Positions 10,666-25,005 are shown, counted from the stretch's first letter. The stretch: DNA of 36,783 nt from Octopus bimaculoides (GCF_001194135.2 NC_068986.1:77780611-77817393); one strand, 5' to 3'. Translations and numbers: made by a program. Notes: generated by a model not told the origin, from the sequence alone.

Positions 10666-11344
10666 GTATTTATATCTTACATGGAATGTGGCTCAAGTAA
10701 CTCTAAAAGAATTAGTCTTTGAGTGGTATGACAATATGAATAGCAAATCTAACTGCTTTTATACAAATCTAACTGCTTTTTTTTCTATGTATATATGGAT
10801 ATATTTATTGATGTCATAATTAAATGAAGTATATAATTAACTATAAATTATAAATATGTATAATATAATTACACATATGAAATTAAAATTAACAAGTTAC
10901 ACATGAATTTCATGGCATTTGAGTATGTAAAGAAACTTTAGTAGACTAACTGATTTTATGCCTCAAATTATTTAATTAAAATTTTTTAATAAAAGTTAAT
11001 GAAACAGTTTTGCTTGCAAAATTAATCTGTAAGACAATACTATAATTGATATCACACGTTCTTAATTAGTAATCACTAATAACCATAAGGATAAACATTT
11101 TATGCAAGTCATATAAAAGACAAAACTTAATTTTCTTGAGAATTTAATCCATATTTTTATTCTTATGTACATCTTTGAATATGAATAAAGAATAAATACA
11201 TAATATATATATATATAACAGATGTAAAGATAGGTGGTAGATTGACACAATGATTAGAACAACAGATTAAAGTATCTTACAGTTTTTTCTGGGCTCTGTA
11301 CATTCTGAGTTCAAATCCTGCTGACGTCAACTTTATCTTTTATC

Positions 11345-11581
11345 TTTCTTCAGTCATTGGATTGCAGCCATGCTAGAGCACTGCCTTGAAGAGTTTTAGG
11401 TGAATAAATAAATCAACTCCAGTACTTATTTTTAAAGCCTGGTACTTATACTTATTCTATTGGTCTTTTTTGCTGAACCACAACGTTATGGGGATATAAA
11501 CAAACCAACACCAGTTGTCAAGTAGTTGGGAAGACAAACATAAACACATAGACACACAAATAGATACACACATACACGCGT

Positions 11582-11638
<57 letters not shown>

Positions 11639-11788
11639 GGGTTTCCATCCAGTTTTCATCAACCAAATTCATTCATTGGTTGATCTAAGTCTCTAGTAGA
11701 AGACACTTGCCTAAGGTACTGCTGCAGCGTGGTACTGAACTTGAAAACACATGGTTGCAAAGTGAGCTTCTTAACCACACTGCCATGC
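11345..11788 (-). mobile_element. Full bipartite SINE (family A) with internal (CA)n
   Basis: Head 11636-11788, (CA)n at ~11575-11635 and 3' half 11345-11560, all colinear with the reverse complement of 12285-12860. Confidence 0.75.
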
Positions 11789-12284
11789 TAACACCTTGGT
11801 AGATAGAAGTGGTAGGAGGGGACCAAATATCTTGCAGTATTTGTTCAAGTTCTTTACATCTTGAGTTTATTGGCAATGACACGAGAGCAAAGCTGCATTG
11901 GATCTTGCTTCTCCCTTGAACAACACTACTGACAAGGAGAGGGGAGATTTGCTGTCTAGATAACAGTTGGTTTACTATAAAGGCCCTTAACCAGGAGTAG
12001 AAAAATGAAAATGAATATATAATGTTTCGTTTTTGTATTTGGTTTGTAAAATTGCTCATGTGCATTCACATGTTGAAAGAGATTTAGTTGTATCTTGGGA
12101 GTATCAGTATGCCAATTGACAGACAGACCTGAAGCAGACCTGTGGAAAAGATGGTATGTCATTGGTGGAATCGCAAATGGTATTGAAAGGACTTTGACAA
12201 ACCTAGCTGGGTGATTGATTGACTGAATGATTAATCAAGCAATCAATTAATTAATTGATTAAATGATAACAAATTGACTGATAG

Positions 12285-12860
12285 GTGTAGGAGAGGCTGT
12301 GTGGTAAGTAGCTTGCTTACCAACCACATGGTTCCAGGTTCAGTCCCATTGCGTGGCATCTTGGGCAAGTGTCTTCTACTATAGCCTCGGGCTGACCAAA
12401 GCCTTGTGAGTGGATTTGGTAGACGGAAACTGAAAGAAGCCTGTCGTATATATGCATATATATNNNNNNNNNNNNNNNNNNNNNNNNNNNNNNNNNNNNN
12501 NNNNNNNNNNNNNNNNNNNNNNNNNNNNNNNNNNNNNNNNNNNNNNNNNNNNNNNNNNNNNNNNNNNNNNNNNNNNNNNNNNNNNNNNNNNNNNNGTGTG
12601 TGTGTGTGTGTGTGTATGTGTGTGTGTGTGTGTGTGTGTGTATGTTTGTGTGTCTGTGTTTGTCACCCCCAACATCGCTTGACAACCGATGCTGGTGTGT
12701 TTACGTCCCCATAACTTAGCGGTTCGGCAAAATAGACCGATAAAATAAGTACTAGGCTTCCAAAGAATAAGTTCTGGGGTCGATTTGCTCGACTAAAGGC
12801 GGTGCTCCAGCATGGCCACAGTCAAATGACTGAAACAAGTAAAAGAGAGTAAAAAGAGAG
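12285..12860 (+). mobile_element. Full bipartite tRNA-derived SINE (family A) with internal TA/TG microsatellite (gapped)
   Basis: A-box-like ggctgtgtggtaag, B-box-like ggttcagtccc (12337-12347), central ttgggcaagtgtctt motif, microsatellite/gap 12447-12645, 3' half, and (AAAAGAG)-type tail. Best-preserved copy in the window. Confidence 0.85.
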
Positions 12861-12871
12861 AGTAATAGTAA

Positions 12872-13056
12872 TCCTTTCTACTATAGGCACAAGGCCTGAA
12901 ATTCTGGGGAAGGGGGTGTAGCCAATACCATTGACTCCCGTGCACAACTGGTACCTATCTTATTGACCCCAAGAGGATAAAAAGCAAAGTTGCCCCCTGG
13001 GGAATTTGAACCCAGAATGTAAAGATTGATGTTAATGATTCTGACAGCTTGTCACT
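12872..13056 (-). mobile_element. SINE family B, directly abutting the family A copy
   Basis: tttctactataggcacaaggcctgaaatt...ttgaccccaagaggataaaaagcaaagtt...aatttgaaccc matches the reverse complement of 22690-22891. Confidence 0.7.
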
Positions 13057-13415
13057 TTAAATTGACTAATGATGATAAAAGTAAAATAGAACTGGTATAT
13101 ATGTTTATTATTGACAAGATGAAACCGCCCCCACCTCTCACCCAGATATGACAATATATCACAGTCTTTATGAGCTTTTAGATGTTTGAAATTTCTTTGG
13201 TTTAATGCAGTTCTGTCAGTTTCAATACAAGATCTCAGTTCAAGCTACTTCAGAACAAGCGCACACATACACAGAATTTTATCACTCTGTATATATATTC
13301 TTACTGTGAAATTAGACCAATTATATGGTAAATCTGTTGACTCTTTTCAAATAGCCCCCACCAAAATCTCTGTGATCTAAGCATGAGTGCATTATTTTAC
13401 AGCTAGATTAAATGT

Positions 13416-13650
13416 ATAGGTATGGTGATGTGGTTAAGAAGTTAGTATGTAACCATGTCAATTTAGCTCTGTTGCATAGCACCTTGGGTAAGTGTCTTTT
13501 TACTTTAGCCTTAGGTTGATCAATACTTTGTGAGTGAACTTTGCTAGCTGGATACTGTACAGAAGCCTGTTACATGCATGCATGCATACATACATACATA
13601 CATACATACATACATACATACATACATACATACATACATACAGACAGACA
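13416..13650 (+). mobile_element. Degenerate SINE family A head plus (CATA)n
   Basis: gatgtggttaagaag...caccttgggtaagtgtcttt...tttgtgagtga...cagaagcctgt, then a (CATA)n tract. Confidence 0.6.
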
Positions 13651-14173
13651 GAATCTACAGTTACTCTATCCAGTTCAGGTTTATCTCTATCTACAGTTAC
13701 TCTATATAGTTCAGGTTTATGCCCGTAATCATTGGGGCACTAGGATATGCAACATACTTCCGAAATACCAATCTTGAGAAATTGGCTTCTCAGAACCAGA
13801 AAGGAGAAAGCTTATTTGAAGACTATAGATCCAAGCCATCACTGGAACTGTAAAAATCTGTTAAACTTTCCAGAAGTTTATCATTTAAGTATATATGAGC
13901 ATGTCTTGACATGCAACTATATGCATGAGAATATATACATAAAACAAAACATGCAAATCTGCACATATACATACATACATACATGCAAAAATATCCTGTT
14001 GATGTTGTTGAAATTCCAATGAAGGAGCCTTGGTTTTAGGTTAGAAACCAGCTCTTTCTCTATTGGCAAGGAATCTTGAAATAAAACTGAATAATGACAT
14101 ATATACACACATGCATATATGTGTGTATGTGTGTGCTCATGTTTATGTTTATATATACACTACTTAACAACAA

Positions 14174-14357
14174 GTCTTGTTTGTTATGTCCTTGTTTATG
14201 CCTCATAAATTACCAGTTTGACAAATTAATATCGATAAAGTAATTACCAGACTCAAAACAATAAGTGCTGAAGTTAATATGATCAACTAAACTTTCCAAG
14301 GTTGTGACCTAGTGTAGTCACAGTCCTTTGTATTAAACCAATAAAAGAATGAAAGGA
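14174..14357 (+). mobile_element. Degenerate SINE family A 3' half
   Basis: ttgtttatgcctcataa...cgataaagtaattaccagactc...aataagtgctgaagtt...gtcacagtc...aataaaagaatgaaagga resembles 12690-12850. Confidence 0.5.
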
Positions 14358-17300
14358 TAAAGATATGACTTTATATAATCATTCATCCATAACTCATATT
14401 ATTGGTACCTTTATTTTGAATATCCGGTGCTCACCATTGCACTATTGTGTACATAAGTTACTATGTTATTTACAATCTATTTTATATTCTTTTAAGTAAC
14501 TTTTCATTACTATTGCTTTGCACTTTAGCAGGGAGAATTAAATTAACTTTGCTGAGTTATAAGAACAGTTAAACTAATTAATGTGATCTTCATTTTAAAC
14601 AATGGAAAACTTATGGTACATACTACACATATATATTTATTCATAAGACAAACTGTACTGAAATGTATGCTGTACTCCACTAGTACTTTTGTAATTTAAT
14701 CAATAATAAAGTCTCACTGTAATTGGAATAAAATGTCTAATAAACTAATCTTTATGATTGTATATGTTACATCTGGAAATCAAAGTAAATTAGATGGGAA
14801 GGAAATGAAGATATGAATATGAACTTTTTGAACCAGAAGTAATATGATGTTAGAATTTAAAGAATTTCATGTGTTGGCTTTTGAGACTGAAATTTCATGA
14901 AAATATTTCTTCAACTACAAAAGATAACAAGTGTTGAAATTTTATAGGATCCTGGAAGCTAATAAAATAGCTTTAGATGTAAAATAACTTAATTTTTAGT
15001 CACCAAAATAGAATATTAAAATTAAAAATAAAGTAAAAACTAGTACTTTTCTGTAGCTTAAATAGTTGATGTCATCCAATTTAAAAGAGATAAATAAATA
15101 AATAAAAAGACAACTTAATTATTGATGTAATTTTTCTCTAAAAATAGGGACATTTGCAAAGAATATAATGATCAAAAGTAATAATTATTTTAAGATCTAA
15201 CTATTATATTGAATATTAATTCGATGAGTTATTTATATATTTATTTATTCATTCATTTATTTATTAGCAAGAAATATCACAAAATTTTGAATCAACTCAA
15301 ATCTAGTATACTTGGTTTGAAAATTGAGTTGTTTGCATATAAATGATTGAAGGAGAGATCACTTTTTATTTTAGTCATTTGTTTCTTCTTAAGACGGACT
15401 GCTTGGAGTTTATATATGAAAATGATACGAATTATTCAGCTTAGCATTGCCTATCATTGCTTTGCTGAAGGGCATAATACAAGGCAATACAAATTTTCAC
15501 TGCCAAAATTTTATTGACTCTACCTTAATCCTGCTATAAAAATCTAGTATCTGTATATCTTCTAATTAAGTGAAATGTTACACAATAATTTTTCTAAATT
15601 ATGGACTCAAGACCTTAATCATAACATTTATGAGTTAGCCAAAGAAAAGTTTCCAGCACTGGCATTGACTTGCTAAATAGTTTTAAATGGAAGAATATTG
15701 CTTGTGATGCTGTGTAGGTATTATGGTTATAGTTCTTAGGAATTTTGTCAGTTAAGCTAAAGGGTAATTTCTTCTCTTCACCCTCAACTCTTTCTTTTAC
15801 CTTCAAGTGTCAGTGACTCTTCAAAAGAGTGGTTTATTCATTACCAGACAGACAAACCAAATATCATATGATGGAGTTGGGCAGATGGGGAGATAAATTA
15901 TTCCAAACAGTTTTATTTTTGCCCTCTAAGCAAAAATAAGTAAATGAAAAAATATATAAACAAACAAACAAACAGAAACAAAACTAAAGTGTTTAAAGAT
16001 TACTTTATGGTTTGATATGTTGAAAGAAAATCCATTGGTAATTTGTGAAAGGAAAATAAGATAAATAAGGTGTCTAGCCATTAGCAGAAATAGTTTCTTT
16101 AGACTGACAAAAAAGTGATACAGATGCCAAGCAAGCACAACAGCTGTCATGGAGATTATTCAGAGAGAGAGAGAGAGAGGGTGAGAGAGCACACATGTGT
16201 GTGTGTCTCTATACATATGTATGTATGTTTGTATGTATGTATGTATGTATGTATATGAATATATAAAGCAAAAGGAGCTTTCAAGTGGATTTAATACACA
16301 AGAGATGTTTGAATCTGATTTCACCCATAATCTAACTGGCAGGAATCTTAAGGAAATTGGTATCACTTAATTACCTCTTTTAAGGAGATTTCACCTCCTA
16401 TAACCAAGATTAATCAGATGAAAAATGAAAAGTATGTTATACCTTAGCTTAAAGATGTCTCAAGTTCTGCTTTTAGTACTGAGATAATGAAGAAAATTTA
16501 TACTTAGAAGTAGATTCTGCTTTCTTCAGACCAAAATGCTTAAGATAGCATGAGTTTAAATTGGTATGAAATAGCATGAAAAGAAAGTTCGTTTGACAGG
16601 ACAAGAGGGATTTAAATTAAAAATTCTTAAAATGCTAACATAAAAGAAAGAAGAAAATAGGATGAGTATTAATCACTTAAATTGTTTAGTTTTAAAAGAT
16701 TTATAGGTACATTTGTATGTGTTAGAATGAGGATAAGTGTTTTCTAACTGATAGAAGTTCATAATCATAAGTATTTTATAAAACAGAGCCAGTTAAATAT
16801 TTGCCTGAAATATAAGTGTGGTTTATGGTGAAAGAATCATTCAGACAATACCATCAATAAATTTCCTCTAAAAAAAATTAAATTTCCTACCAGAGGTATT
16901 TGGAGATTTTATGGTAGATTTTTATAGTGAAAATATTTCATACAGAAAATTTGGAGTGATCATTTATTTTTTAATCATCAATTATAATTATTTTAATTTC
17001 CAGTTTTCAGTGCAAACATGTCTCCATGAGTTTTAATTTTGTGTCTTTTTATCTGTGAAGTCAAAACTAATTATGTTTTCTCATAAATGATTGCAAATCT
17101 TCAAGGCTGTGCTCTTTCTATTTTCTTTCCAAAAGGTGGTGTCTATGTTTACTCTCTATCTTTCTCATTTGTGGTAACAAAAGCTGTCATTCAATCTGGC
17201 TCAAAATCTTGATATCAGTTTGCTGTCCCAAAGAACTCTACTCCTAACCAGAAATATTCAACTCTCCCTAGTCCTTCACTAAAGACAGATATCTCAGTTT

Positions 17301-17509
17301 ACTTCCCACTGAAGTTATCTCCTGTGACTCTCATGGTAGTCAGTCTGTTCCTTCCCAAAGTAAGACCATTGATACAGAGACCTAATTGTTTTGTATCATA
17401 AACTATCTGCAGTAGTAAAAATCATTTTCCAATGGTATACCTGATGGATAAACACCTTTGATTTTTTGAGAAGTAGATATTTATTAAATTTTCTTGATTC
17501 TCCCTCTCT

Positions 17510-17733
17510 TCAATCAAGATGGCCAGTTTCCTGGTTTCATGGTGTATATATTCTCCACCTGGACAAGATGCTGATCCATTGCAGGATTACTCATTTTTGC
17601 CAGCTGAGTGGACTGGAGCAATGTGAAATGAAGTGTTTTGCTCAAGAACACAATATGTTGCCTGGTCCAGGAATCGAAACCACAATCTTACAATCATAAG
17701 TCCAATACCCTAATCACTAAGCCATGTACCTCT
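17510..17733 (-). mobile_element. tRNA-derived SINE with CORE/V-like central domain
   Basis: On minus: tggcttagtg (A box), gtttcgattcc (B box), then ttgtgttcttgagcaaaacacttcatttcacattgctccagtccactcagctg. Confidence 0.75.
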
Positions 17734-18587
17734 CTGGTCAAGATGGCTCCACAAGTAGCAATCCTGTTGATAAAGCAACTAAATTTCTTGTAAGTTTTGC
17801 TTCTGAGTACACATTCTAAGATACACAAAAAAATCCTATAATGAACCTTTTCAATCCACCTAACTCGTTGTTATATGTTCTCAGTCCCAAAGTGATAATA
17901 AAAAAGAAAGGAAGATAACCAACTGCATCAACCATGAAAGGTGGCCAATCTTAAATGAATCCATGAAAAGGAAAAGAAAACAGAGAAGACTGTGCTGTTA
18001 TAAGCATGTGATATTTATGGGAAAGAACAGTTACATAAAGAAATCAAGCATTCCAGTCAGAAGGAACCCATGTGTAGCTCCATCGCATGACTTTTAGAGG
18101 CCTCCTGCAACATTTTGTTCTGTGGCTCCATCCCTTCAATCAAAATTTTATCATCTATAATCTATATTATGTTCATAGCTATATTTTACTTTATTCTATC
18201 TGAAGTTCAATATTTCACGTTATCCTAAAGAACATCTTTAAAAGCACAAGTTAAATTTATTTATGTCTATTACAAATTTCAATTAGTAAAACTTCCAAAT
18301 ATGAATAAAAGAGCAATTTTATAAGCCAGGCAACTTTCAACAACAAACATGGTACACTTTTCACTTTGCGAAATCATTGATCAGTTCAAAATAAACAAGC
18401 TGAGATTTGGGATTGGTTATTTGCACATTAAACACATACCCACATACTTAGGCACTTACACATATATAGAAACCTCAAGAAACACATGTAGAAATACAGC
18501 TAGACTTCTATATATTCATATTAACCTCGCCCCACACAGACACATTCACAACTACACACATGCCTACATATCAAGAAAAAAGGTAAA

Positions 18588-18919
18588 GACCCCCTTTGGG
18601 TCATAAATGACCTTGGGTTTGCACTTAAAATGTTCCCTTCTAAGGCACAAGTCCAAGCAATAAAGTTGTTTATGGAAGACCAGCAGTCAGCCATGCATAC
18701 CAGCCTCCCCTCTCCACACCACTAATGTTTTCCAAGGGAAAGGCAGAGGTTGATACAGCTTGGCACCAGTAACATCACAACTCATTTCTACAACTGAGTG
18801 AACTGGAAACAATATGAAATAAAGTGTCTTGTTAAAGAACACAACACACAGCCTGGTCTGGAAATTGAACTCATCATCTCATGATTGTGAGCTCTCACTA
18901 CTGAGCCATGCACCTTCAC
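18588..18919 (-). mobile_element. tRNA-derived SINE (family D), near full length
   Basis: On minus: gtgaaggtgcatggctcagtag (A box), gagttcaatttcc (B box), the same central domain as 17510-17733, and a distinct 3' body. Confidence 0.8.
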
Positions 18920-19246
18920 ATAGACATACATACACAAACATACACATGCGTATACAAGAACAGTTACTCCGAATATGAATTGATCCAAACTGTCAGGACT
19001 TGGAGTAACTGCTCTTGTATATACATGCAAGTGTTTGTATATGTATGTATGTACTTGTGAATGTATCTATGTGAAAAGTGATGGTGGGGTTAATATGCAT
19101 ATCTAGAAGTCTAGCTGTATTTCTTCATGTGTTTCTTGAGCAGATACCTCTCTGATAACATGGAAAAAACAAAAGGATGTAAGGATGTTGATGATGATGA
19201 TATATTTATTTCTTTATTGCCAAGGGGACAAACAAGGACAAACAAA

Positions 19247-19421
19247 GGGATTAAGTCAATTATCTCAACCCCAGTACATAACTGGAGCTTATTTAATCAA
19301 CCCTGAAAGGAAGAAAAACAAAGTTGACCTTGGCAGAATTTGAACTCAGAACGTGACAGCAGACGAAATACCACTAAGCATTTCGCCCGGCATGCTAATG
19401 ATTCTGCCAGCTCACCACCCT
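19247..19421 (-). mobile_element. SINE family B
   Basis: aaagttgaccttggcagaatttgaactcagaacgt...ctaagcatttcgcccggcatgctaatgattctgccagctc; reverse complement of the 22690 copy head. Confidence 0.8.
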
Positions 19422-20364
19422 ATGATGATGATATATTGGACTAAATTTTGCATACATACAATTTATTGAATATACATTTAGTACACTCAATAAATTAACT
19501 ATAAGTTATATATACTCTAGAGGTGCATTTCTTGAAACAACAAAAATTCTTCCTAATAATCAAAAAATTATAAGCATCAAGTTCAAAAAGCAATAAACCA
19601 CTAAATTTTTAGCAACAAACTATTAATTTAAAAATTTTTTCTAATGCCAAAATAAATTAGTATTAAGCCAATCAAAAAACTTAGTTGAATGTCTTTCGGT
19701 TAACCAAGTTTATAGTTGGATCTTGTCCAACCAGTGAAGTATATAACTTGATCATGTTCAACCAATCAGATATTGTAAATGAAATAGAAGTTGTTACTGT
19801 GTACCTGAAATGTGCAATTTTGGATAGAGTCAAATATTGTTTAGCAAGTCAGACACCTAGTTTAATTATCTTACCATTATTCATTCTTTTATATTTTTCA
19901 TATTTACTCCTTCTTCATAAGACCTATCAAGTACATCGAGTCCTTTACATGATTGTTAGAAATAACAACCAAAATCTTCCTCAAATTATATTCTCATTAT
20001 TGTAAAAAGTATAAAGCATAAAGAGGTCCTAGATACACTATGACTGAAACATTTTGGTGGGTATTTTATACATAAAACCCATGTTGGCTAAATATAAACA
20101 AATTCACTACACTTACTTGTGTTCTATTCAAAATATAGAGGAAATGAATTTTGTCCCACACTCTAATAATTCTACCAATTCACGATCCTGGACTAGCACT
20201 TTGCTTTAGCAATCTTGGAAATGTGAAAGGCAAATTTAACCTTGGTAAGATTTGAACACATAACAAACAGAGTCAAACCAAATTACTTGTTTTCCACCCA
20301 CCCTCAAGAAGACCCACACACCACAAGAGAATTGAGTTCCTAAAACCAAAGTTCCACATAGAAA

Positions 20365-20610
20365 GCATTAGTGTGGGTGTTGGTGCCACTTAAAAAGCAC
20401 TGGTGATGGTGCTGCATAAAAAGCATCCACTACACTCTGTAAAGTGGTTAGTGTTAGGAAAGGCATTCAGCTATAGAAACCAAGCCAAAACAGACAATGA
20501 AATCCTGGTGTGGTCCCTGGTCTTGCCAGTTCCTGTCATGGCATCCAACTCATGCCAGCATAGAGAATGGATGTTAAATAATGAGATGATGATGATGATG
20601 ATGATGATGT
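20365..20610 (+). mobile_element. Degenerate RTE tail with (GAT)n
   Basis: aaaaagcatccactacactctgtaaagtggttagtgttaggaaaggcattcagctatagaaac...catccaactcatgccagcat...gatgatgatg. Confidence 0.75.
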
Positions 20611-21027
20611 TGCTTTCCTCAGATCTTCACTGACTGTAGAGATCTATGATAAAAATCCTTCCAGCTGAAAAGACCCACCCCCAACATTTTTGTTCTTTGG
20701 TTTCTAAAATACATTGTCTATTGTGTCCTAATTTTAGCAGGTTAATAAGTGTGATGTGGTTGCAATTTCTAGGAGGTCAAGGGGGTCACATAAAAACCCC
20801 ACCACTCACTGGCTCCAATAAAAGATGTTATGAATGAAACGTGTTGGCATCACTATAAAAATGCATGTGTGAAAATGAGATAACGAGAAGGAATTGATAT
20901 AAAGGAGGAAGAAAGTTAAGAAGACAAAAAGGGAGGAATACTAGAGCTGATGAAGAAAGATATCCAACAAAGGATATGATAATGACACATTTAGCAAGAC
21001 ACTACCAATTTGGTATTGAATATGTAA

Positions 21028-21288
21028 ATAGCTGCGTGGTCAAGATATTAACTTTACAACCTTGTAGTTCTGGATTTGATCCAACTATGCAGCACTTTGA
21101 GCAAGTGTCTTTTTACCATAGCTTCAGATTGCCCAATGCCTTGTGAGTGAAATTGTGGAGGTCCACTACATTTGCATGTATGTATGCGTGTTCATGTCTG
21201 TATGTGTGTATCTATCTATCTATTATCTATCTATCTACCTCTCTGTCTGTCACTCTCTTTCTCTCTCATTCATTCTGTGTGTGTGTGC

Positions 21289-21369
<81 letters not shown>

Positions 21370-21410
21370 TGTATCCACACATACTCAAACAAACACACAC
21401 ACACACTCAG
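21028..21410 (+). mobile_element. Degenerate SINE family A head followed by compound microsatellite
   Basis: gctgcgtggtcaag...actttgagcaagtgtcttttaccatagc...gccttgtgagtgaaatt, then TCTA/TG/(TA)n/CA tracts at 21200-21410. Confidence 0.6.
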
Positions 21411-22504
21411 TTGAGCAATATATTCCTGGTTATGGCATATAACTAATCAGAGTGTTGTCGATGGTTTCATGCTGACTATTGCACTTGGCAGTTGGCAATA
21501 TCATTGGTTCTTGAAACATGTTCACCAAAAATTCATCTATATCTATCTCTCTATATATATATTTATAAAAGAGAAAACCTTGATATGTAGAGGAGTAAAT
21601 TCCTTGTAGAAATGACATATGAAGACAAATAGTAGTTGCTAAAGAAGGATGGATGATGCTTGTGTATTGCAAAAGGTGATAATTTTTTAGCATTTCCATC
21701 ACATTGAATATTTGAGATAATTGAAATTAGCTGCCAATTGGATAGGTCAGAAAGATTACTTTTAGTGGATGTAGAACATGTAGGAACATGAAACAATATT
21801 TTCAGGCAAATGAACTTAGGAGGAGGTAGAAAGATAAATGTCCTATAGTTTAATGCAAATGAGAGTAAACTCAGGTTTGAGGGTGTAATTTAGTTCCTCA
21901 TTAAATTTTATCGTTCTAACATTTAGACCCTAAACTAATTACTCAAATTTGAAGGACATTCATAAGGAATATAGTAAAGGGCTGTGTCAATATTGTCTGC
22001 AATTACTTAACCCATGCTCTCTGGTGGATTTCAAGAATCCAACATAACATCATAAACTTTCTAACATATCAATGAGGCCAGACATCCTCCTGTTCTCTTT
22101 GCTCTTCGAAAAAGGAGTGTTTTACTCTGAATATTTGGATTATTAATTGTTTTTAATTGGCAGAATTTGAACTCATACTCTATCTAATATTGACAATAAC
22201 AGCTTAGACTTAATATTTTATCTCATTTGCATCATGTGTATGTCTGAAACTCCTCATTATTTTAGAAACTATGGCTCATCACCCAAGTCAGCTCTGACAA
22301 ACGAGGCTTATAGTTAAAAGTATTCTGACCATGACCTCTAGGTCTCTTTTTTTTCAGACAGCAGTCAACGTTATCCAATGAATCTTTTTAAGGTAATTTA
22401 AGGGAGATTTACCAGTTTCTAGCAGCCCAAATGACCATGTTAAAGATCTCTTGTTAATTCCCTTTCAATTTATATTAACCATACTTTCCTGGATTTTTGG
22501 TTAA

Positions 22505-22560
22505 CCCTTTTGATACCAAACTGTCTGCCACCACCTGAAGTTTTATGATAACAAAAATCA
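22505..22560. mobile_element. piggyBac-type MITE end
   Basis: TTAA followed by cccttttgataccaa, which matches the right terminus of 26161-26392 (reverse complement ccctttcaataccaa). Confidence 0.45.
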
Positions 22561-22689
22561 TCACAAACTCAACCCTACAATTGCAAGTTGAACTATTTAG
22601 GCATTGAGATCTCTTTATTGCCTCAGGAAAACAAACAACAGCTACATCAAGTTAAAAACCTTGTCAACTTCATAATCATAAAGAGTATC

Positions 22690-22891
22690 AACTGGCAGAA
22701 TCATTAGTGTGCCGGGCAAAATGCTTAGTAGTATTTTGCCTGTCACAATGTTGTGAGTTCAAATTCTGTCAAGGTCGACTTTGCCTTTCATCCTTTCAGG
22801 GGTCGATAAATTAAGTACCTGTAAAACACTGGAGTCAATGTAACCGATTAACCCCTCCCCCAAATTTCAGGCCTTGTGCCAATAGTAGAAA
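22690..22891 (+). mobile_element. tRNA-derived SINE family B, near full length
   Basis: A-box-like tggcagaatcattag (22693), B box gagttcaaattc (22755-22766), body ending ggccttgtgccaatagtagaaa. Confidence 0.8.
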
Positions 22892-24859
22892 TGATTGTTG
22901 TTGCTGCTTAGCTCCAGATCACTCCTAATTGAATAGATAAACGATCATCAAGATCGTTTCTCAATTTGATGTTCTAGCTATGACTAACCCGTACATTTCA
23001 GTTTCATTGTCTACATTATCCAATGTGCCTTTCCAAATCTAAATTCCTGAGTATGATTAGAAGAAGATTTGGTTGCTATTTTTAGCAGTTTGAAAAACCA
23101 AGTAGTGGCTCACTAAGACATTATTACTGTTTCATTTAAAACATTCAGTAATATAGTAACTCATTAAAGCTTACTGAAGTATTATACAAACTATGAACCT
23201 ACAATATCCTGGTGAATGCTAGCAACCGGCATGTAGAAGAAAGCATTCAGTGCTCAAGCTGAACTTTACATAGCTTATCATATGTCCGTCATGCTTCCCG
23301 GTCAGACTTATATCAATATTGCTTCCTATTCCACCTGAGTAATAGGTTTCTTATTGATTTAATGGTGCAGTTACAAGATAGAATTTCAAATATGATCATT
23401 TGTGTGCATGCAAATACACACACACGCACGCACACATACACACACGCACACACATACATATACATGCTGTCACACATTCTCTTTTTCTATCACACTCTAA
23501 TTTTCTCCCTCTCTCTTTTACTTATATACACATACATACATTCTAATACAAACATACTCCCTCTCACATACTGTACTCTCTGTCTGTCTTGTACATATTT
23601 TCTCTCTCTCTCTTCAATTAGTATATAGATACAAACACACACATGCACACATACACACAACCATTTATGCACACATTCCCATTAGCATGTACATGCATCC
23701 CCATTGGCATATAAATCCACTATGCACACACACACACACACTCACACATCTAAGAGAAGCAGAGAATGTGAGAATCCATATAGTGGTAGGTGAAGTGAAC
23801 AAACTCCACAAGGTCACCTCGAGAAGGATAACTTTAGTTAATACTTTATATAAATATTCATCATATCTTTAGCTCACACTTAAAGCTAAAATATCTTCTA
23901 AGCATTTTAATATTTTAAAAGGTTTTTTTTATCTATATATGCATCAACTATCTTTCTTTCCTTTACTCAATCTCTTTCTTTCCTTCTTTAGTCACTTTTT
24001 CTGTCATAGATCATAGCATCTGAGTGTTTATAATTAAAGGAACATATTTAGTTGCCTCAGCTTTATGGAAAAGATTCAAAATGGCAAATGAATACCACAG
24101 AAAGGGATCATAGCTGAACACATTTGATCTCAGGTCATTGACTGGTGAATCAAATCTTTGAAAATGTTCTATTTAATTTTTTTTTCCTTATTATACTCTG
24201 TTTCTACTAACTTGAACATAATGAAGTACATGATAGCTTAACTGATGTTCAGAATCTGATTTTGTTTTATAAGATATAGTGACTGCATAAAATAGATCTT
24301 AATATATAAACTGATGAGTCATGTCCATGTTTTTTCTTTATTTTTGTTGGTTTCCTTCTTCCTGTCACACTAGAAGGGGTAAGCAATGACTGAGCTGAGA
24401 TAGGTGGAAGAAAGAGAATGTCTTATGAAGAAAAGCAGATTTGTTAGATAAACTGATAGGTGGGAGACAGCATGGGGAAATGGCGGCTGGCTAGGGAGAA
24501 AGAGAATGGGAAGGAGAGAAAAGGATAGATAGAAAGAGAGAGAGAAGCATAGAGAATGGGAGAGAGCGAGAGAAAGAGGGTCATCAGACAGTAGTAGTTA
24601 GTGCGACAGGAAGTCATATGAGACTAGATTATAGAAGGGGACGGGGAAAAATGAGTGTGAGAGTGTAGGGGAAGATATAGTAAGCAAGAGAGGAGAAGTA
24701 GAAAAAAGAAGGGCACAGTTCTACAAATGAGAGGGGAACATAGAGGTGATGAGATAAAATAGGAGGTGCATAAATAGTGAGTGAATGGTAGAAAGAGATT
24801 TCCATACGATATCAAAGTGGAGAAAGTTAGGGCATTAAAAGAAGAGATGGAGGCACATT

Positions 24860-24876
24860 TTGATTACATCTATCTA

Positions 24877-24939
<63 letters not shown>

Positions 24940-24961
24940 CTCTATCTATTTATCTATCTAA

Positions 24962-25005
<44 letters not shown>

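Noticed and set aside
10744-10780. Short tandem duplications (20-bp period here; 36-bp at 13653-13720; ~45-bp at ~26605-26685)
   Set aside because: Two-copy slippage products with no spacer structure. Not CRISPR-like, and no array exists in the window.
11685-12190. 126-aa minus ORF and a plus-strand CILGVSVCQLTDRPEADLWKRW segment with a gtatgt donor
   Set aside because: No recognisable domain, the ORF overlaps a SINE head, and donor hexamers of this kind are expected many times by chance in AT-rich DNA.
17180-17375. Complex-looking stretch with open frames and a faint LGVxF.DSKL RT-like echo on minus
   Set aside because: Similarity is too weak and needs a frameshift. Cannot be called as either exon or LINE relic.
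20741-20775. VNKCD GTPase G4-like peptide between AG and GT
   Set aside because: Five-residue motif only, with no G1/G3 exons found.
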